A stretch of 63,833 nt of DNA, filler included, from Octopus bimaculoides (GCF_001194135.2; 5 parts of 5 records of this genome joined end to end with filler, not necessarily neighbours in it), one strand, 5' to 3'. Shown: positions 51,413 to 63,833, numbered from the whole stretch's first letter. A program made the numbers and translations. Notes: a model not told the origin generated them from the letters alone.

Positions 51413-52370
51413 ATATATATCAGGTGATGTTATGTTGCCAACTTAATGTGGCAGTCCCATGAAAGGGAAGAATGCTACTGCTATTTAACCCTAGGAAACA
51501 CCGTTTCCAGTTGACCATGACACATTTTCTGTCCTTATGTTTTCAAAGTGAAGATAAGCACCTCCACCCAGCAAAGCCAGCATCCAGACACTAGTTTCAT
51601 AGTCATTGCCCATCATCAGTCTGGAGTAGCATAGCTTGCTAACTGTCGATGCTTATTTGCTTTTGAAAACATATATATTTCAAGTGAAATACTATACACA
51701 CACACACACACACATGTATACATACATATATATATATATATGTATTACATAGTCCATACGAAAATAGGGCAAATTTAAATATTTCTTTGTTGATTGAAAA
51801 AAATGAACAACTAAATTAATTTTTAAAGCTTATTTTGTTGTCATCAGAGGCATCTGCCTCAGTTTAATCAACCCAGAGAATGAAACAGCAAGTCTGTTTA
51901 TGTACTCAACGAACTCTGTTGCCACGGAAAATTGGGGTCGCTAATTTGCATACCAAAAGTGTTTGACACTTTATTTAATATTAGGGGTCAGTCAAAGGGG
52001 TTCTCACTCCGCACAGTATCAAGGTATGATTTAATATACGTAACCTATACAGCGTCTATATAAACAAGGCTAAATTACTATTTCTCCATAGATTGAAAAA
52101 ATGATGACCAGTTTAAACGATTTTCTACACATAAACACATATGTATGTATATTTATGTGTGTATATGTATAAAAATATTTAATCCATAATTGTTAGTCTG
52201 ACAAAATATATTCTGTTTCATCTGCGTTATGTCTCAATGGGAACTCCCAATAAGCCATAGATGAAACAGAATACATGGATTCAATAGATTATTCACTCTC
52301 AGACTTGGCTCAGTATTTTATTGTCGGCACAAAGCTTCCTTTTGAACTTGCCAACCCATAGAATATATGT

Positions 52371-52372
<2 letters not shown>

Positions 52373-52421
<49 letters not shown>
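52373..52421. repeat. (CAT)n microsatellite
   Basis: Trinucleotide run. Confidence 0.97.
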
Positions 52422-52423
<2 letters not shown>

Positions 52424-52430
52424 ATATATA

Positions 52431-52865
52431 CAAGGTAGGGTGAATATATTTTCGTCTAAATTACGCAAAAATGAAAATAACACTGACATCTCATTTTAAT
52501 AGATATATTTACCAAAATTACATAAAAAATACTTTGAAATACTAAAGAGTAAATTTATTCAATAAAAATTGCCATTGGCTTCAACCATGGCCACCAGACG
52601 ACTTTGGAATCCCCTGCAACTCTTCTGGACAGTCTTCTTGTTTAAGTTGGTGAATGCTGCCATAATCCTTGCCTTCAGTTCATCTTTGGTGTTACAAGGA
52701 ATTTTGTCGGTCTCTCGCTCAACTGTGCTCCACACATAGTAATCAAGGGGTTTGCAGTGTGGGGAGTTAGGTGGGCAGATGCTACGGGTGATGTGGTTGC
52801 AGAAATTGTCTGACGGCCGTTACTGGTTTCTCTTGCTCGTGTGGCATGGTGCAAGAGACCTGTTT
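52431..52865 (-). mobile_element. maT/DD37D-like transposon 3' fragment
   Basis: Minus frame APCHTSKRNQ*...ICPPNSPHCKPLDYYVWSTVERET...NTKDELKARIMAAF...SCRGFQSRLVAMVEANG; TA-flanked end at 52431. Confidence 0.88.
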
Positions 52866-52888
52866 ATTATAACTCAACATGAAAACAA

Positions 52889-52935
<47 letters not shown>

Positions 52936-54189
52936 NNNNNNNNNNNNNNNNNNNNNNNNNNNNNNNNNNNNNNNNNNNNNNNNNNNNNNNNNNNNNNNNN
53001 NNNNNNNNNNNNNNNNNNNNNNNNNNNNNNNNNNNNNNNNNNNNNNNNNNNNNNNNNNNTATTTATTTATTTATATATATATATATACACACATACAAAC
53101 ACACCTATATATACATATATGTGGGGGGGGGGTAAACTCACGGAACAATTGAAGAATTAGGTTGAAGAAGATGGTGGGGGGGGATAATAAAAAAAGGAGC
53201 AAAGAGAAAGTAAAAAACGTCTAAATGATTCTTTAAATGTCAAGAAAGAAAGAAGCAGAAAGAAAAAAAAAAGAAAAATGGGAATAAAAACAGCACAGAA
53301 CAAATATAAAATAAAGAAGAAAACCTGGAAAAGACAAAAAAAAAGAGGAAAAAGAAGAGTGAAAGAGGAGGAAAGAAAGAAAGACAGAAAGAAAGAAGAG
53401 AACATGAGAAAGAAAGAAAAGAAATGAAGAGAAGAAAGGAAGTAAAGAAAGAGTGGAAGAAAGAAGAAAAGGGGGAAGAAAAGAGAAAAAAAGCGAAAAC
53501 GAAAGAGAAATATTCTCAGATGAATCAATCAGCTATTTAAGGTAACTGCATTTTATTTTATTATAAACAACAACATGTGTGTGTATATATTATGTATGTA
53601 TACACACACACACACCTATATATGTATATATATATATACACATATATACACATACATATAAACACATATATACATACAGACATATTTATATATACTTATG
53701 CATACATATATATTTATATATACATATATCTGCATGTATGTGTGTGTGTATGTATGCACATGTATAAATACACACACTATATATATGTATACATACACAC
53801 ACACACGCACACATAAATATACATGCATATATACATACATACATATATATATATATATANNNNNNNNNNATAGAGAGAGAGAGAGAGAGAGGGGGACAGA
53901 GGGAGGGGGGAGAGTCGTGTTGATAAAATCTATTTTAGTTATCAGAATGATATCGTAGGTGAGAGTATCCCATAGCACAGCTTAGTCAGAGAGATGGGAA
54001 CACAGTGTATATCTGTTAGTTGATAGCTCAACAACAACAGCAAACAAACAAACAACAACAACAGCAACAGCAATAATTCTTTCAACTATATTCACTAGAC
54101 CTGAAATTTATGTGTGTGGTAAGGTGAGGATTGAGGTGGTAGGGGTGATAGTGGTAGTGGTGGTGGTGGTGGTGGTGTGGGGGGGGGCT

Positions 54190-54371
54190 AGTTGATAATA
54201 TCGACACCAGTACATGACTGGTACTTATTTCATCAGTCCCTTAAGGGTGGAAGGTGAAGTTGACCTCGGCGTAATTTGAACTCAGAACGTAAAGCTGGAA
54301 GATAAATGCTGCTATGCATTTTGTCCAGTTTGCTAACGATTCTGCCAGCTCACAACCTTAATAACAACAAC

Positions 54372-54418
<47 letters not shown>

Positions 54419-54655
54419 TAATAATAATAATAATGACGATGATGATGAAGATAATAATAATAATGATAATAATGGTTTCAAACTTTGCCGCAAGGGCAGA
54501 AATTTTGGGGCAGTGTTCAACTCGTACTTATTTTATCGGACCCGAAAGAATGAAAGGCAAAATCAACCTCAGCGGAATTTGAACTCAGAACGTAAGGACG
54601 GACGAAATACCGCTAAGCGCTTCATCCAGCACGCTAACGAATCTGTCAGTTTGCC
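54190..54655 (-). mobile_element. Two tandem SINE family B copies separated by an (AAT)n tract
   Basis: Copies ~54190-54355 and ~54475-54655, each with gaatttgaactcagaacgtaa and tgctaacga.tctg.cag; (AAT)n at 54360-54475 and 54660-54688. Confidence 0.8.
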
Positions 54656-54691
54656 ATTTTAATAATAATAATAATAATAATAATAATAGCG

Positions 54692-55250
54692 TATGGAAGT
54701 GCATCAACAGTGAAAGAAGAAACATAGCAGAATATTTGGTAAACAGCAAACAAGACCTGCTACAGTATGCTGCTAATGTAGAAGGATTTAACAAAAGTGG
54801 ACTTGAGAAGAGTGCTCATGAATTCTGATCACGAACAGCCAACGAGAGAGAAGAAGCCCTACTCTGCATGGAATCACATGGTCAGTTCCACCATGAAACT
54901 AACAGCTTAAAAGACTAGGAAGCATGATGGAGGTGGCTCGGCAAGGGTGACCTAAAAATGAATACTGAAAGTCTAATCATCGCAGCCCAGGACCAGGCAT
55001 TAAACACCAACTCAGTGAAAAGGGATATATATACCACACAAGTGCATCGGACCTCTGCAGAATGTGTGGGGAAAGGGTCGAAAGTGTGACTCAGATTTTT
55101 AGTGCTTGTGAAAGTCTTACGCAGAAAGAGTACAAGCGCAGACACAACAAAGTAGCCCAAAACCTTCACTGGCGACTCTGCCGGAAGTATGGGTACGGGG
55201 TAATGAGTGCTTGGTACCAACATACACCAGAAAAGGTAATGGAAAAGGGT
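54692..55250 (+). mobile_element. R4/Dong-clade non-LTR retrotransposon fragment (post-RT linker and CCHC knuckle upstream of the RLE endonuclease)
   Basis: HGQF...WRWLGKGDLKMNTESLIIAAQDQALNT...CRMCGERVESVTQIFSACESL.QKEYKRRHNKVAQNLHWRLC; stops and one frameshift. Confidence 0.85.
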
Positions 55251-55710
55251 TCCAGTTGATCTCATCTTCAGAACAGCCTGCTGGTGAAATTAATGTGAAA
55301 GTGGCTGAGCACTCCACAGACACACGCACCCTTAACATAGTTCTCTGGGAAATTCAAAGGTCGATCCCTTTGAATTACAGGTACAATTCATTTTTATCAG
55401 TAGAGTAGATTGGAGCAACATGAAATGAAATGTCTTGTTTAAGGAGTCACTGTTCTGCTGAGAATTGAACTCACAACGTTATGATCATGAGCTGACTAAC
55501 TTTGACCACTAAACCACGTGTCTTCACACATAATAACAATAATGTGGATAAGACAACAACAACAACAACAACAACAACAATTAAAAAAAGGCACCAGTTA
55601 CAACAACAACAATAAAAACAATAGCAAGATAACAGCAACAACAACATCACCAATGATGCTGTAAGTCTGGAATGCTGGTGAAATTTTACTACATTGCACT
55701 GTTTTACATG

Positions 55711-55782
55711 AGAAGAAGAAGAAGAAGAAGAAGAAGAAGAAGAAGAAGAAGAAGAAGAAGAAGAAGAAGAAGAAGAAGAAGA
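55711..55782. repeat. (GAA)n microsatellite
   Basis: Trinucleotide run into an N gap. Confidence 0.97.
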
Positions 55783-56741
55783 NNNNNNNNNNNNNNNNNN
55801 NNNNNNNNNNNNNNNNNNNNNNNNNNNNNNNNNNNNNNNNNNNNNNNNNNNNNNNNNNNNNNNNNNNNNNNNNNNNNNNNNNNNNNNNNNNNNNNNNNNN
55901 NNNNNNNNNNNNNNNNNNNNNNNNNNNNNNNNNNNNNNNNNNNNNNNNNNNNNNNNNNNNNNNNNNNNNNNNNNNNNNNNNNNNNNNNNNNNNNNNNNNN
56001 NNNNNNNNNNNNNNNNNNNNNNNNNNNNNNNNNNNNNNNNNNNNNNNNNNNNNNNNNNNNNNNNNNNNNNNNNNNNNNNNNNNNNNNNNNNNNNNNNNNN
56101 NNNNNNNNNNNNNNNNNNNNNNNNNNNNNNNNNNNNNNNNNNNNNNNNNNNNNNNNNNNNNNNNNNNNNNNNNNNNNNNNNNNNNNNNNNNNNNNNNNNN
56201 NNNNNNNNNNNNNNNNNNNNNNNNNNNNNNNNNNNNNNNNNNNNNNNNNNNNNNNNNNNNNNNNNNNNNNNNNNNNNNNNNNNNNNNNNNNNNNNNNNNN
56301 NNNNNNNNNNNNNNNTATATATATATATATATATGTATATACATATACATACATATATACACATATATACACACATATGCTCACACATCACTCATAAATA
56401 TACATATATGTAACACTCTCTCTTTGTGTGTGTGTGTATGTGTGCATATGTATGTGTGTGTGTTTATCGAGTTGAGAATTTCAACAATATAATCTCACTA
56501 ATCACAGCGTCGTGTTTCTTTAGTCTTCAGCTGAAGGTGTATATATGTAGGTATATATATATATATATGCATGGATATATGTGTATGTATATATATATAT
56601 GTGCGTGTGTGTATATATATATGTGTGTGGGTGTGTGTGTATGAATATATATGTATATGTGTGCATGCGCATGTGTGTATGTGTGTGTGTGCATGGGTGT
56701 ATGTATGTGTATGTATATCACATAGAGAGGGTGAGAGGGAA

Positions 56742-56774
<33 letters not shown>

Positions 56775-57315
56775 GGCACCCACACTTTGGTTCTGGTGTT
56801 AGCGAGGGTGATGGTGTTTGCGTGATAACAGTGGAGTAGTGGTGAGAGTACAGATCATAGAATCAGGGAAAGGGGGGTGGGGGTCATGGTGGTGATGCAG
56901 ATGATGGTGGCAATGGCAGCGGTGNNNNNNNNNNTGGTTGTGGTGGTGGTGGTGGTTGTGGTGGTGATATTAGTTGTGGTGGTGTATATTTTGTTACCTT
57001 TCTGCGTGGGGTGGTAGAGGAAGGTGGTGGCAGCAGGGGTGGGTGGGAGACGTTGTGGGGATATTTTTGGTAAAATTGGTCATCCTAAGAAATGCTGGTA
57101 TGTGCAGGGTAGGGGAAGCGGGTGCCAGGGTGTGCGGATATGTTACGAATCGAATATAGTTCTGAAGAGAGACTGCGTATGTTTACACACATACATGCAT
57201 CATATATATACATGTATATACATATACATATGTGTGTGTGCATGAATACATGTGTGAATGTGAGTGTGTGTGTGTATGTGTGTGTGTGTTTACATATATA
57301 AATACATTTGTATAT

Positions 57316-57470
57316 GGTTGTGTGGTAAGAAGTTTGCTTTTCAACCACATGGTTTCAGGTTCAGTCCCACTGCATGGCACCTCGGGCAAGTGTCTTCTTC
57401 AATAGCCCTGAGCCAAGCAAAGCCTTTTGAGCAGATGTAGCAGGCGGAAACTGAAAGAAGCCCATCATGT
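57316..57470 (+). mobile_element. SINE family A copy
   Basis: ggttgtgtggtaagaagtttgc...ggtttcaggttcagtcccactgcatggcacctcgggcaagtgtc...ggaaactgaaagaagccc. Confidence 0.8.
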
Positions 57471-57680
57471 GTATATACATATATTTGTGAGTGCATGTGT
57501 GTGTGTGTGTGTGTGTCTCCCACCACTGCTCAACTCTTGGTGTTGGTGTGCTTATGTTCCCGTAACCTAGCAGTTTGGCAAAAAGAGAGAAATAAAATAA
57601 ATACCAGGCTGGAAAAGAAATGTACTAGGGTTGATTTGTTTGATTATAACTTCTTCATTGTCAAACCCCACCATGACTAC

Positions 57681-57755
<75 letters not shown>

Positions 57756-57832
57756 NNNNNNNNNNNNNNNNNNNNNNNNNNNNNNNNNNNNNNNNNNNNN
57801 NNNNNNNNNNNNNNNNNNNNNNNNNNNNNNNN

Positions 57833-57877
<45 letters not shown>

Positions 57878-57954
57878 TGGAAATTGTAGTTGTGATCCCC
57901 GTGCCGGTGGCACGTAAAAAGCACCATCCGAACGTGGCCGATGCCCTAACCATT

Positions 57955-58430
57955 GGACCATTGCGCCTCCACCTTAATTATCTATACTGAAGGAAAACGA
58001 TGGGTTTGGTCAAACAACTCATCGAACACTGCAGGTATATCAATGACATTTTTATTCTTAGTTTCTATAATTTTGGATATTTGCTTGAGAAAATTTATCC
58101 ACATCTTGAAGTGACTAGAAATGGTGACTCAGTAGATAAAGTAAACCACTTAGATGGTTAGTGTAAAAATAAAAAGATTGTAACTAGTATTTATAATAAA
58201 ACTGGTAATTTTAAGTCTCGTATCACGTCTTTACTCTGGATGATCAGCAGAATTCCTCTTAGGATAGGCTATAATGTGTTTCCCAGTCAGGTTATTAGAT
58301 CTGGTAGAATTATAAAATGAGGTTGGAATGTTTCTGGATAAAGTTAAAAATTATTGAAACATATTTTTCCCTTACACATGGTTTAGAGACGTTGGCTAAA
58401 AGGCATAATGTTCCACTATTCTATATTCAG
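57955..58430 (+). pseudogene. Penelope-like element reverse transcriptase fragment (decayed)
   Basis: One frame with two stops: NYLY*...HCRYINDIFIL...EKIYPHLEV...VNHLD.*...IVTSIYNKTGNFKSRI...SRIPLRIGYNVFPSQVIRSGRI, matching PLE RT RYIDD..IYP..YLD..T.IYDKRDDF..SNIP..YGVF.SQLIRY.RI. Missed by the ORF track. Confidence 0.8.
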
Positions 58431-58639
58431 TTCGTTTTTGGTACGTATTCATGTTTGGAATATGTTATAGAATATTTATCGGTTTCTGTTCATTAGTTAA
58501 TCTACGTTTGAATTTCCACGTTTATTCGCAATGACAAAAGTCTGAGACCTCTGGAGGTATGCTGTGACTGTGAAGACCCGGCAAATAAAGTGAGATCACA
58601 GCTGTAACGTACACCAGTGTCGCTTAACCAGCCCTCATT

Positions 58640-58705
58640 CAAATCGTCTAACCCATGCCAGCATGGAAAGCAGACGTTAAATGACGACAATGATGATGAT
58701 GATGA
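58640..58705 (+). mobile_element. RTE-type 3' tail
   Basis: tctaacccatgccagcatggaaagcagacgttaaatgacgacaatgatgatgat. Confidence 0.7.
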
Positions 58706-58852
58706 TGATAATGATGTACCACACCTCATGTTAAATTTTAGTTAGCTTCCTAATGCTCCATATATTAGATATATTAACGCTAATTCAAATATCTCATGAA
58801 CTGCTGGAGTCCATCTGCGCATCTAAATGAGTCATTTCTATTCAAGAACACA

Positions 58853-58923
<71 letters not shown>

Positions 58924-58933
58924 NNNNNNNNNN

Positions 58934-58968
<35 letters not shown>

Positions 58969-59119
58969 TCACTATGGAAATTAGTTTCAGAACTTTTGCT
59001 GATATTTTACCACCAAAACATTACGTTATTATTTAATTAACAGAGTCACATGATAAATACATCTGTCTAATTTTTTTCCCTCACCCTGTATATACTTATA
59101 CATACATACATACACACTC

Positions 59120-59154
<35 letters not shown>

Positions 59155-59562
59155 ATTGTGCTTTCGTGTATGAGTAAGATTTTGCTCTCTATCACCTTCT
59201 CTCTGTCTATCTCTCTCTCTCATTACACACACACACACACATGTACATACAAAAATCCTTTTTTTTTAATCAAATTTTTAACTGTGGCTATTTGCCAGTT
59301 ATTTGTTGTCCATTGGTTGTTGTCCAAGACTAAGTTATGAACATTTTAAAATATCCAGCTTATAAATGTATATCACATATACATACATACAAACATATGT
59401 GTGTGTATGTATGTATGTATGTATGTATGTATGTACGTATGTATGTATGTGTGTATGTACGTGTGTATGTATGTGTGCATGTATGTATGAATAGTGAAAC
59501 AATATAAATACATATATATCATATATATGTACATATATTTATATGCATATATACATATATGG

Positions 59563-59625
<63 letters not shown>

Positions 59626-59745
59626 TACACACACACACACACACACGCATATAGATGTGTATGTGAGAGTTTTTGTGTGTGTGTCTATAATTCATATATA
59701 TACATACATAAATACCTACATACATGCATAAATATACATAACTAC

Positions 59746-59828
<83 letters not shown>

Positions 59829-59928
59829 NNNNNNNNNNNNNNNNNNNNNNNNNNNNNNNNNNNNNNNNNNNNTTAATTAATTAANNNNNNNNNNNNNNNN
59901 NNNNNNNNNNNNNNNNNNNNNNNNNNNN
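59829..59928. other. Artificial contig/scaffold spacer
   Basis: 44 N + TTAATTAATTAA + 44 N. Confidence 0.92.
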
Positions 59929-60249
59929 TGTTGAGTGGTGGAAGTGTCCATACTGACTGTGTCTTTTAATGCAAATGGAACTTTACGTGGAACACTCGGA
60001 GTTGAAGGTAAACTGTCCGAAAGAGCTGTTTTGGCCACCTTATCTCCTTTAATTTCATTACATTTTTGAGATGGAGTTGTGCTTTTCACACTGGCTGACG
60101 AGGATTTTTCTTCATTTTCTTCTTCTTTNNNNNNNNNNATCATTCTCTGCTGACGAAGGCTTTTTTTCACTATTTTCTTCTTTTGTGTTATTCTCTGTGG
60201 ATGAGGACATTTCATTCTTTTCTTCTTTAGTATTTGTCTCCGCTGACGA
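59929..60249 (-). CDS. Probable partial coding exon of an unidentified Ser/Thr/Glu/Lys-rich protein with short internal repeats
   Basis: SSAETNTKEEKNEMSSSTENNTKEENSEKKPSSAEND, 10-N gap, then KEEENEEKSSSASVKSTTPSQKCNEIKGDKVAKTALSDSLPSTPSVPRKVPFALKDTVSMDTSTTQ; stop-free on each side of the gap; both ends run into gaps. Confidence 0.6.
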
Positions 60250-61419
60250 NNNNNNNNNNNNNNNNNNNNNNNNNNNNNNNNNNNNNNNNNNNNNNNNNNN
60301 NNNNNNNNNNNNNNNNNNNNNNNNNNNNNNNNNNNNNNNNNNNNNNNNNNNNNNNNNATACGAAATGAAAACTTGTTAAATCTCACTCCACAACAGACTG
60401 TGCTGTGTTGAGAGTTTAAATAAAAGAATAAAGAATGCAAATAAGAAAACATTACTCATAAAAGCTCTTAGTCTCGTAATCCTACAGGATCAATGGACTA
60501 TAAGCTCTATAGCTGAAATATGGATNNNNNNNNNNNNNNNNNNNNNNNNNNNNNNNNNNNNNNNNNNNNNNNNNNNNNNNNNNNNNNNNNNNNNNNNNNN
60601 NNNNNNNNNNNNNNNNNNNNNNNNNNNNNNNNNNNNNNNNNNNNNNNNNNNNNNNNNNNNNNNNNNNNNNNNNNNNNNNNNNNNNNNNNNATGGCAAGCG
60701 ACACACACATATATAAGCATGTACTGTATTACTTGACTGTAACTACAAGCAGGATTGCTTTAGTAAACTTCAATAATTGTACACTGTTTATGCAATGGCA
60801 AGTAATTTTATCAGAGATGCAATAAAATGACNNNNNNNNNNTTTATCAGAGATGCAATAAAATGACTCTAGTAAGGTTTGACACCCATCACCAAGTCATC
60901 AGTCGTTCAGAGAAATGTCTTCTCACTTGTACTTAATATATACATATTACACTTTCCACAGATCTATAGANNNNNNNNNNCTCACTTGTACTTAATATAT
61001 ACATATTACACTTTCCACAGATCTATAGAGAATAAAATATTCTGTATCATTAAATGAAGAAGAGACGAATGTTCCGGAATAGGATGTCAGTTGGTTGCCA
61101 GCCAGATCNNNNNNNNNNNNNNNNNNNNNNNNNNNNNNNNNNNNNNNNNNNNNNNNNNNNNNNNNNNNNNNNNNNNNNNNNNNNNNNNNNNNNNNNNNNN
61201 NNNNNNNNNNNNNNNNNNNNNNNNNNNNNNNNNNNNNNTGTATCTAGACATATGAATACAAACACACACAATACACACGCAGGAGGTGCATGTCGTAATT
61301 TACAACAAAATTAAGTGTAAAGTAAAACAAAAATAGACAAAATATATTTTCAGGAAATGGTACACNNNNNNNNNNTTCAATGAGATATATTAAAGAAGAA
61401 GGTTATTCATTAAACCACC

Positions 61420-62200
61420 CCCCAGCCATCCTCCATGACGACCTTGGCGTGACCACAGAAAGATTTTGTGTCAGTATCAAGTGGTTCTGAAACATGCTGC
61501 CCATCACACTCACAGAGGTAGCCCTCAAAGAATCCTTGGTATTCTCAGGCAGCCAAACACGGGTTGAAGTATAGTCCCACTGGAAGAGCTTGCCTCAAGC
61601 TCTATGGGAAGAAGTGAGGCGCAAGTGTGCGACATGGCCCTCAATACTCATGACACCAAAAGGACTATCATAGATGATGTTCATCACCATGAGTTCCAGG
61701 ACAGATTTCATGCTGAGCCACCTGTCATTTTCCCCTGTTCAACTTCTAGTCCTGGTCAACATTTATCAAAGAAAAACCAAGGAACGACTGGTTTCTTGGC
61801 TTGAGATTGTCCAGCTAATGCTTCAATCAGAATACTTGGTTCTCCTAGGTTTTGCCAGATATGAACTGCTCTCTCTCCTCATCACATAGGACTGGTACAT
61901 GACATCCTCATGCACAACATGTCTTAAAGTGGATGCTACCACATTCAGATGCTTGGCAATGGACCTCATCAACTGACTAGGAATCACTGGTGTTCATGTC
62001 CTGGACTTGCTGGATGAACAGAGCCATCCTGATGAGGCCAGGCTACTGAAAACATCTCATACATCTTTGCCAGTGGTCTCTAGCTCTTTCCTGATCTTAA
62101 ACATGAAGGGGTTAGCCAAATTTAAAAAGCTGTCAGTCTCCAAGTCACTGGGGTTGGTGGCTAGGGAAACAAGCACAGCATAGGAATCTGACTTGTTGAT
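61420..62200 (-). mobile_element. Decayed maT/DD37D-like transposase
   Basis: Remnants MRSIAKHLNV..TLRHVVHEDV.YQSYVMRR, DQD*KLN, FGVMSIEGHV with many stops and frameshifts. Confidence 0.7.
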
Positions 62201-62363
62201 TTGTCTGAAAGAGAAATGAGAAAGTTAAAATTTGGTATAATGCCTTGTAAAACTGTTAGGTTGTTTTCCATTTATGCTCTGCTAAATTTGTGTTCACTAA
62301 CACCTGGCATAGCCAGTATATATAATTATTGAAATCATTGAAAACAAGATTTCTGTACAACGC

Positions 62364-62463
62364 NNNNNNNNNNNNNNNNNNNNNNNNNNNNNNNNNNNNN
62401 NNNNNNNTTAATTAATTAANNNNNNNNNNNNNNNNNNNNNNNNNNNNNNNNNNNNNNNNNNNN
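62364..62463. other. Artificial contig/scaffold spacer
   Basis: 44 N + TTAATTAATTAA + 44 N. Confidence 0.92.
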
Positions 62464-62479
62464 AACAGCAGATCCAATC

Positions 62480-63742
62480 TTTAACCATAACCCTAACTGA
62501 TGACTGTAGTCCTAACCTCTAACCATAACCCCTAACGACAATCCTTACCTCTAATCTTAACCCCCTAATCATAGCCTTTACCTATTACCATAACCCTAAC
62601 CCCTAATCATAACCCTTACATCCAACAACTCTAACTCCTAACTGCAGTTCTTACCTCTAACCATAATCCTAATCCCTAAACACTCCCCTTACCTCTAACC
62701 ATAACATGAACTGCAGCCCTTACATCTGACTGTAATCCCAACCCTTAACTGCAGCTCTAACCTCTAACCAGCCCTTACCTCTAAACATAATCCCAGCCCC
62801 TAATCACTGCTTTTACCTCTAACCATAACCCTAACTGCAGCTTTACATCTAACCATAATCCCAACCTCTTATCACAGTCCTTGCCTCTAACCATAATCCT
62901 AACCCTTAACTGTAGCCCTTANNNNNNNNNNCTAACCATAACCCCAGCCCCTAATCATTGCATTTACCTTTAACAATAACCCTAACTGAAGCCCTTACAC
63001 CCAACCATAATCCTAACCCCTTATCATAGCCCTTACCTCTAACCATAAACCCAACCCCTTAGCTCCTAATTGTTGCCTTTACCTTTAACCATAACACTAA
63101 CTGCAGCCCTTACANNNNNNNNNNNNNNNNNNNNNNNNNNNNNNNNNNNNNNNNNNNNNNNNNNNNNNNNTACCTCTAACCATAGCCCCAGCCCCTAATC
63201 GTTGCATTTACCTTTAACCATAACCCTAACTGCAGCCCTTACATCTAATCATAATCCCAACCCTTTATCATAGCCCTTACCTCTAACCATAATCCCAACC
63301 CTTAATTGCAGTCCTTACCTCTAACCATAACCCTAGCCCCTAATCACTGCCTTTACCTCTAACCATAACCCTTACATCTAACCATAATTCAAACTCCTTA
63401 TCACATCTCTTACCTTTAAACATAATCGTAACCCTTANNNNNNNNNNTCAAACTCCTTATCACATCTCTTACCTTTAAACATAATCGTAACCCTTAACTG
63501 CAGTCCTTACCTTTAACCATAATCCCAACCCCTAATCACAGCCTTTACCTCTAACCATAATCCTAACCCCAACCCTAAACTCTAACCATAACCATAACTC
63601 TCAATTTCAGTCCTTACCGCTAGCCATAATCCTAACCCCTAACCTCTAACAATAATCCTAGCCCTTAACTGCAGTCCTAACCTCTAACCATAATCCTAAC
63701 CCCTAATCACAGCCCTTACCTATAACTATACCCCTAACCCTT
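62480..63742 (+). repeat. Degenerate telomere-like (CCCTAA-derived) satellite
   Basis: Built from ccctaa, ctctaa, ccataa, tcccaa and ccttac hexamer variants arranged in ~31-38-bp units. Confidence 0.9.
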
Positions 63743-63833
63743 CAGATTCTCCAATATTTTCTTTCGTTTTAAAAGATTTAAGAGGAGGATGCATTATTTG
63801 AGAGAAAGTTGGCTGTTATTTCTTGCATGCCAA

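Noticed and set aside
53157-53528. 123-aa Phe/Leu-rich ORF resembling a membrane protein
   Set aside because: It is the antisense reading of a purine-rich low-complexity tract.
60805-61030. Short exact duplications flanking 10-N gaps (also 63389-63497)
   Set aside because: Same assembly-overlap artefact.

Overview
AT-rich animal genomic DNA with very dense (TA)n/(CA)n/(GA)n/(AAT)n microsatellites and many N gaps. The repeat families and composition suggest a coleoid cephalopod, probably Octopus (my inference, not a database result). The window is not one continuous locus: four identical 100-bp spacers (44 N + TTAATTAATTAA + 44 N) split it into five pieces (1-27063, 27164-51312, 51413-59828, 59929-62363, 62464-63833). 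Almost everything recognisable is transposon-derived: mariner, Tc1 and maT/DD37D-like DNA transposons and MITEs, RTE, R4/Dong and Penelope-like retroelement fragments, a decayed Helitron 3' end, and several SINE families. I cannot name a host gene. Piece 1 is CpG-depleted like a methylated gene body and has candidate exons (best pair 9084-9205 and 8966-9008, minus strand). Piece 4 holds a probable repeat-rich coding exon. Best leads: (1) hammerhead-ribozyme-like cores in three short Penelope-type repeats, (2) a 73-nt pre-miRNA-like hairpin at 49502-49574, (3) a TTAGGG-derived satellite with ~38-bp units and ~145-bp higher-order periodicity at the window end. I found no intact, clearly new multi-gene system.
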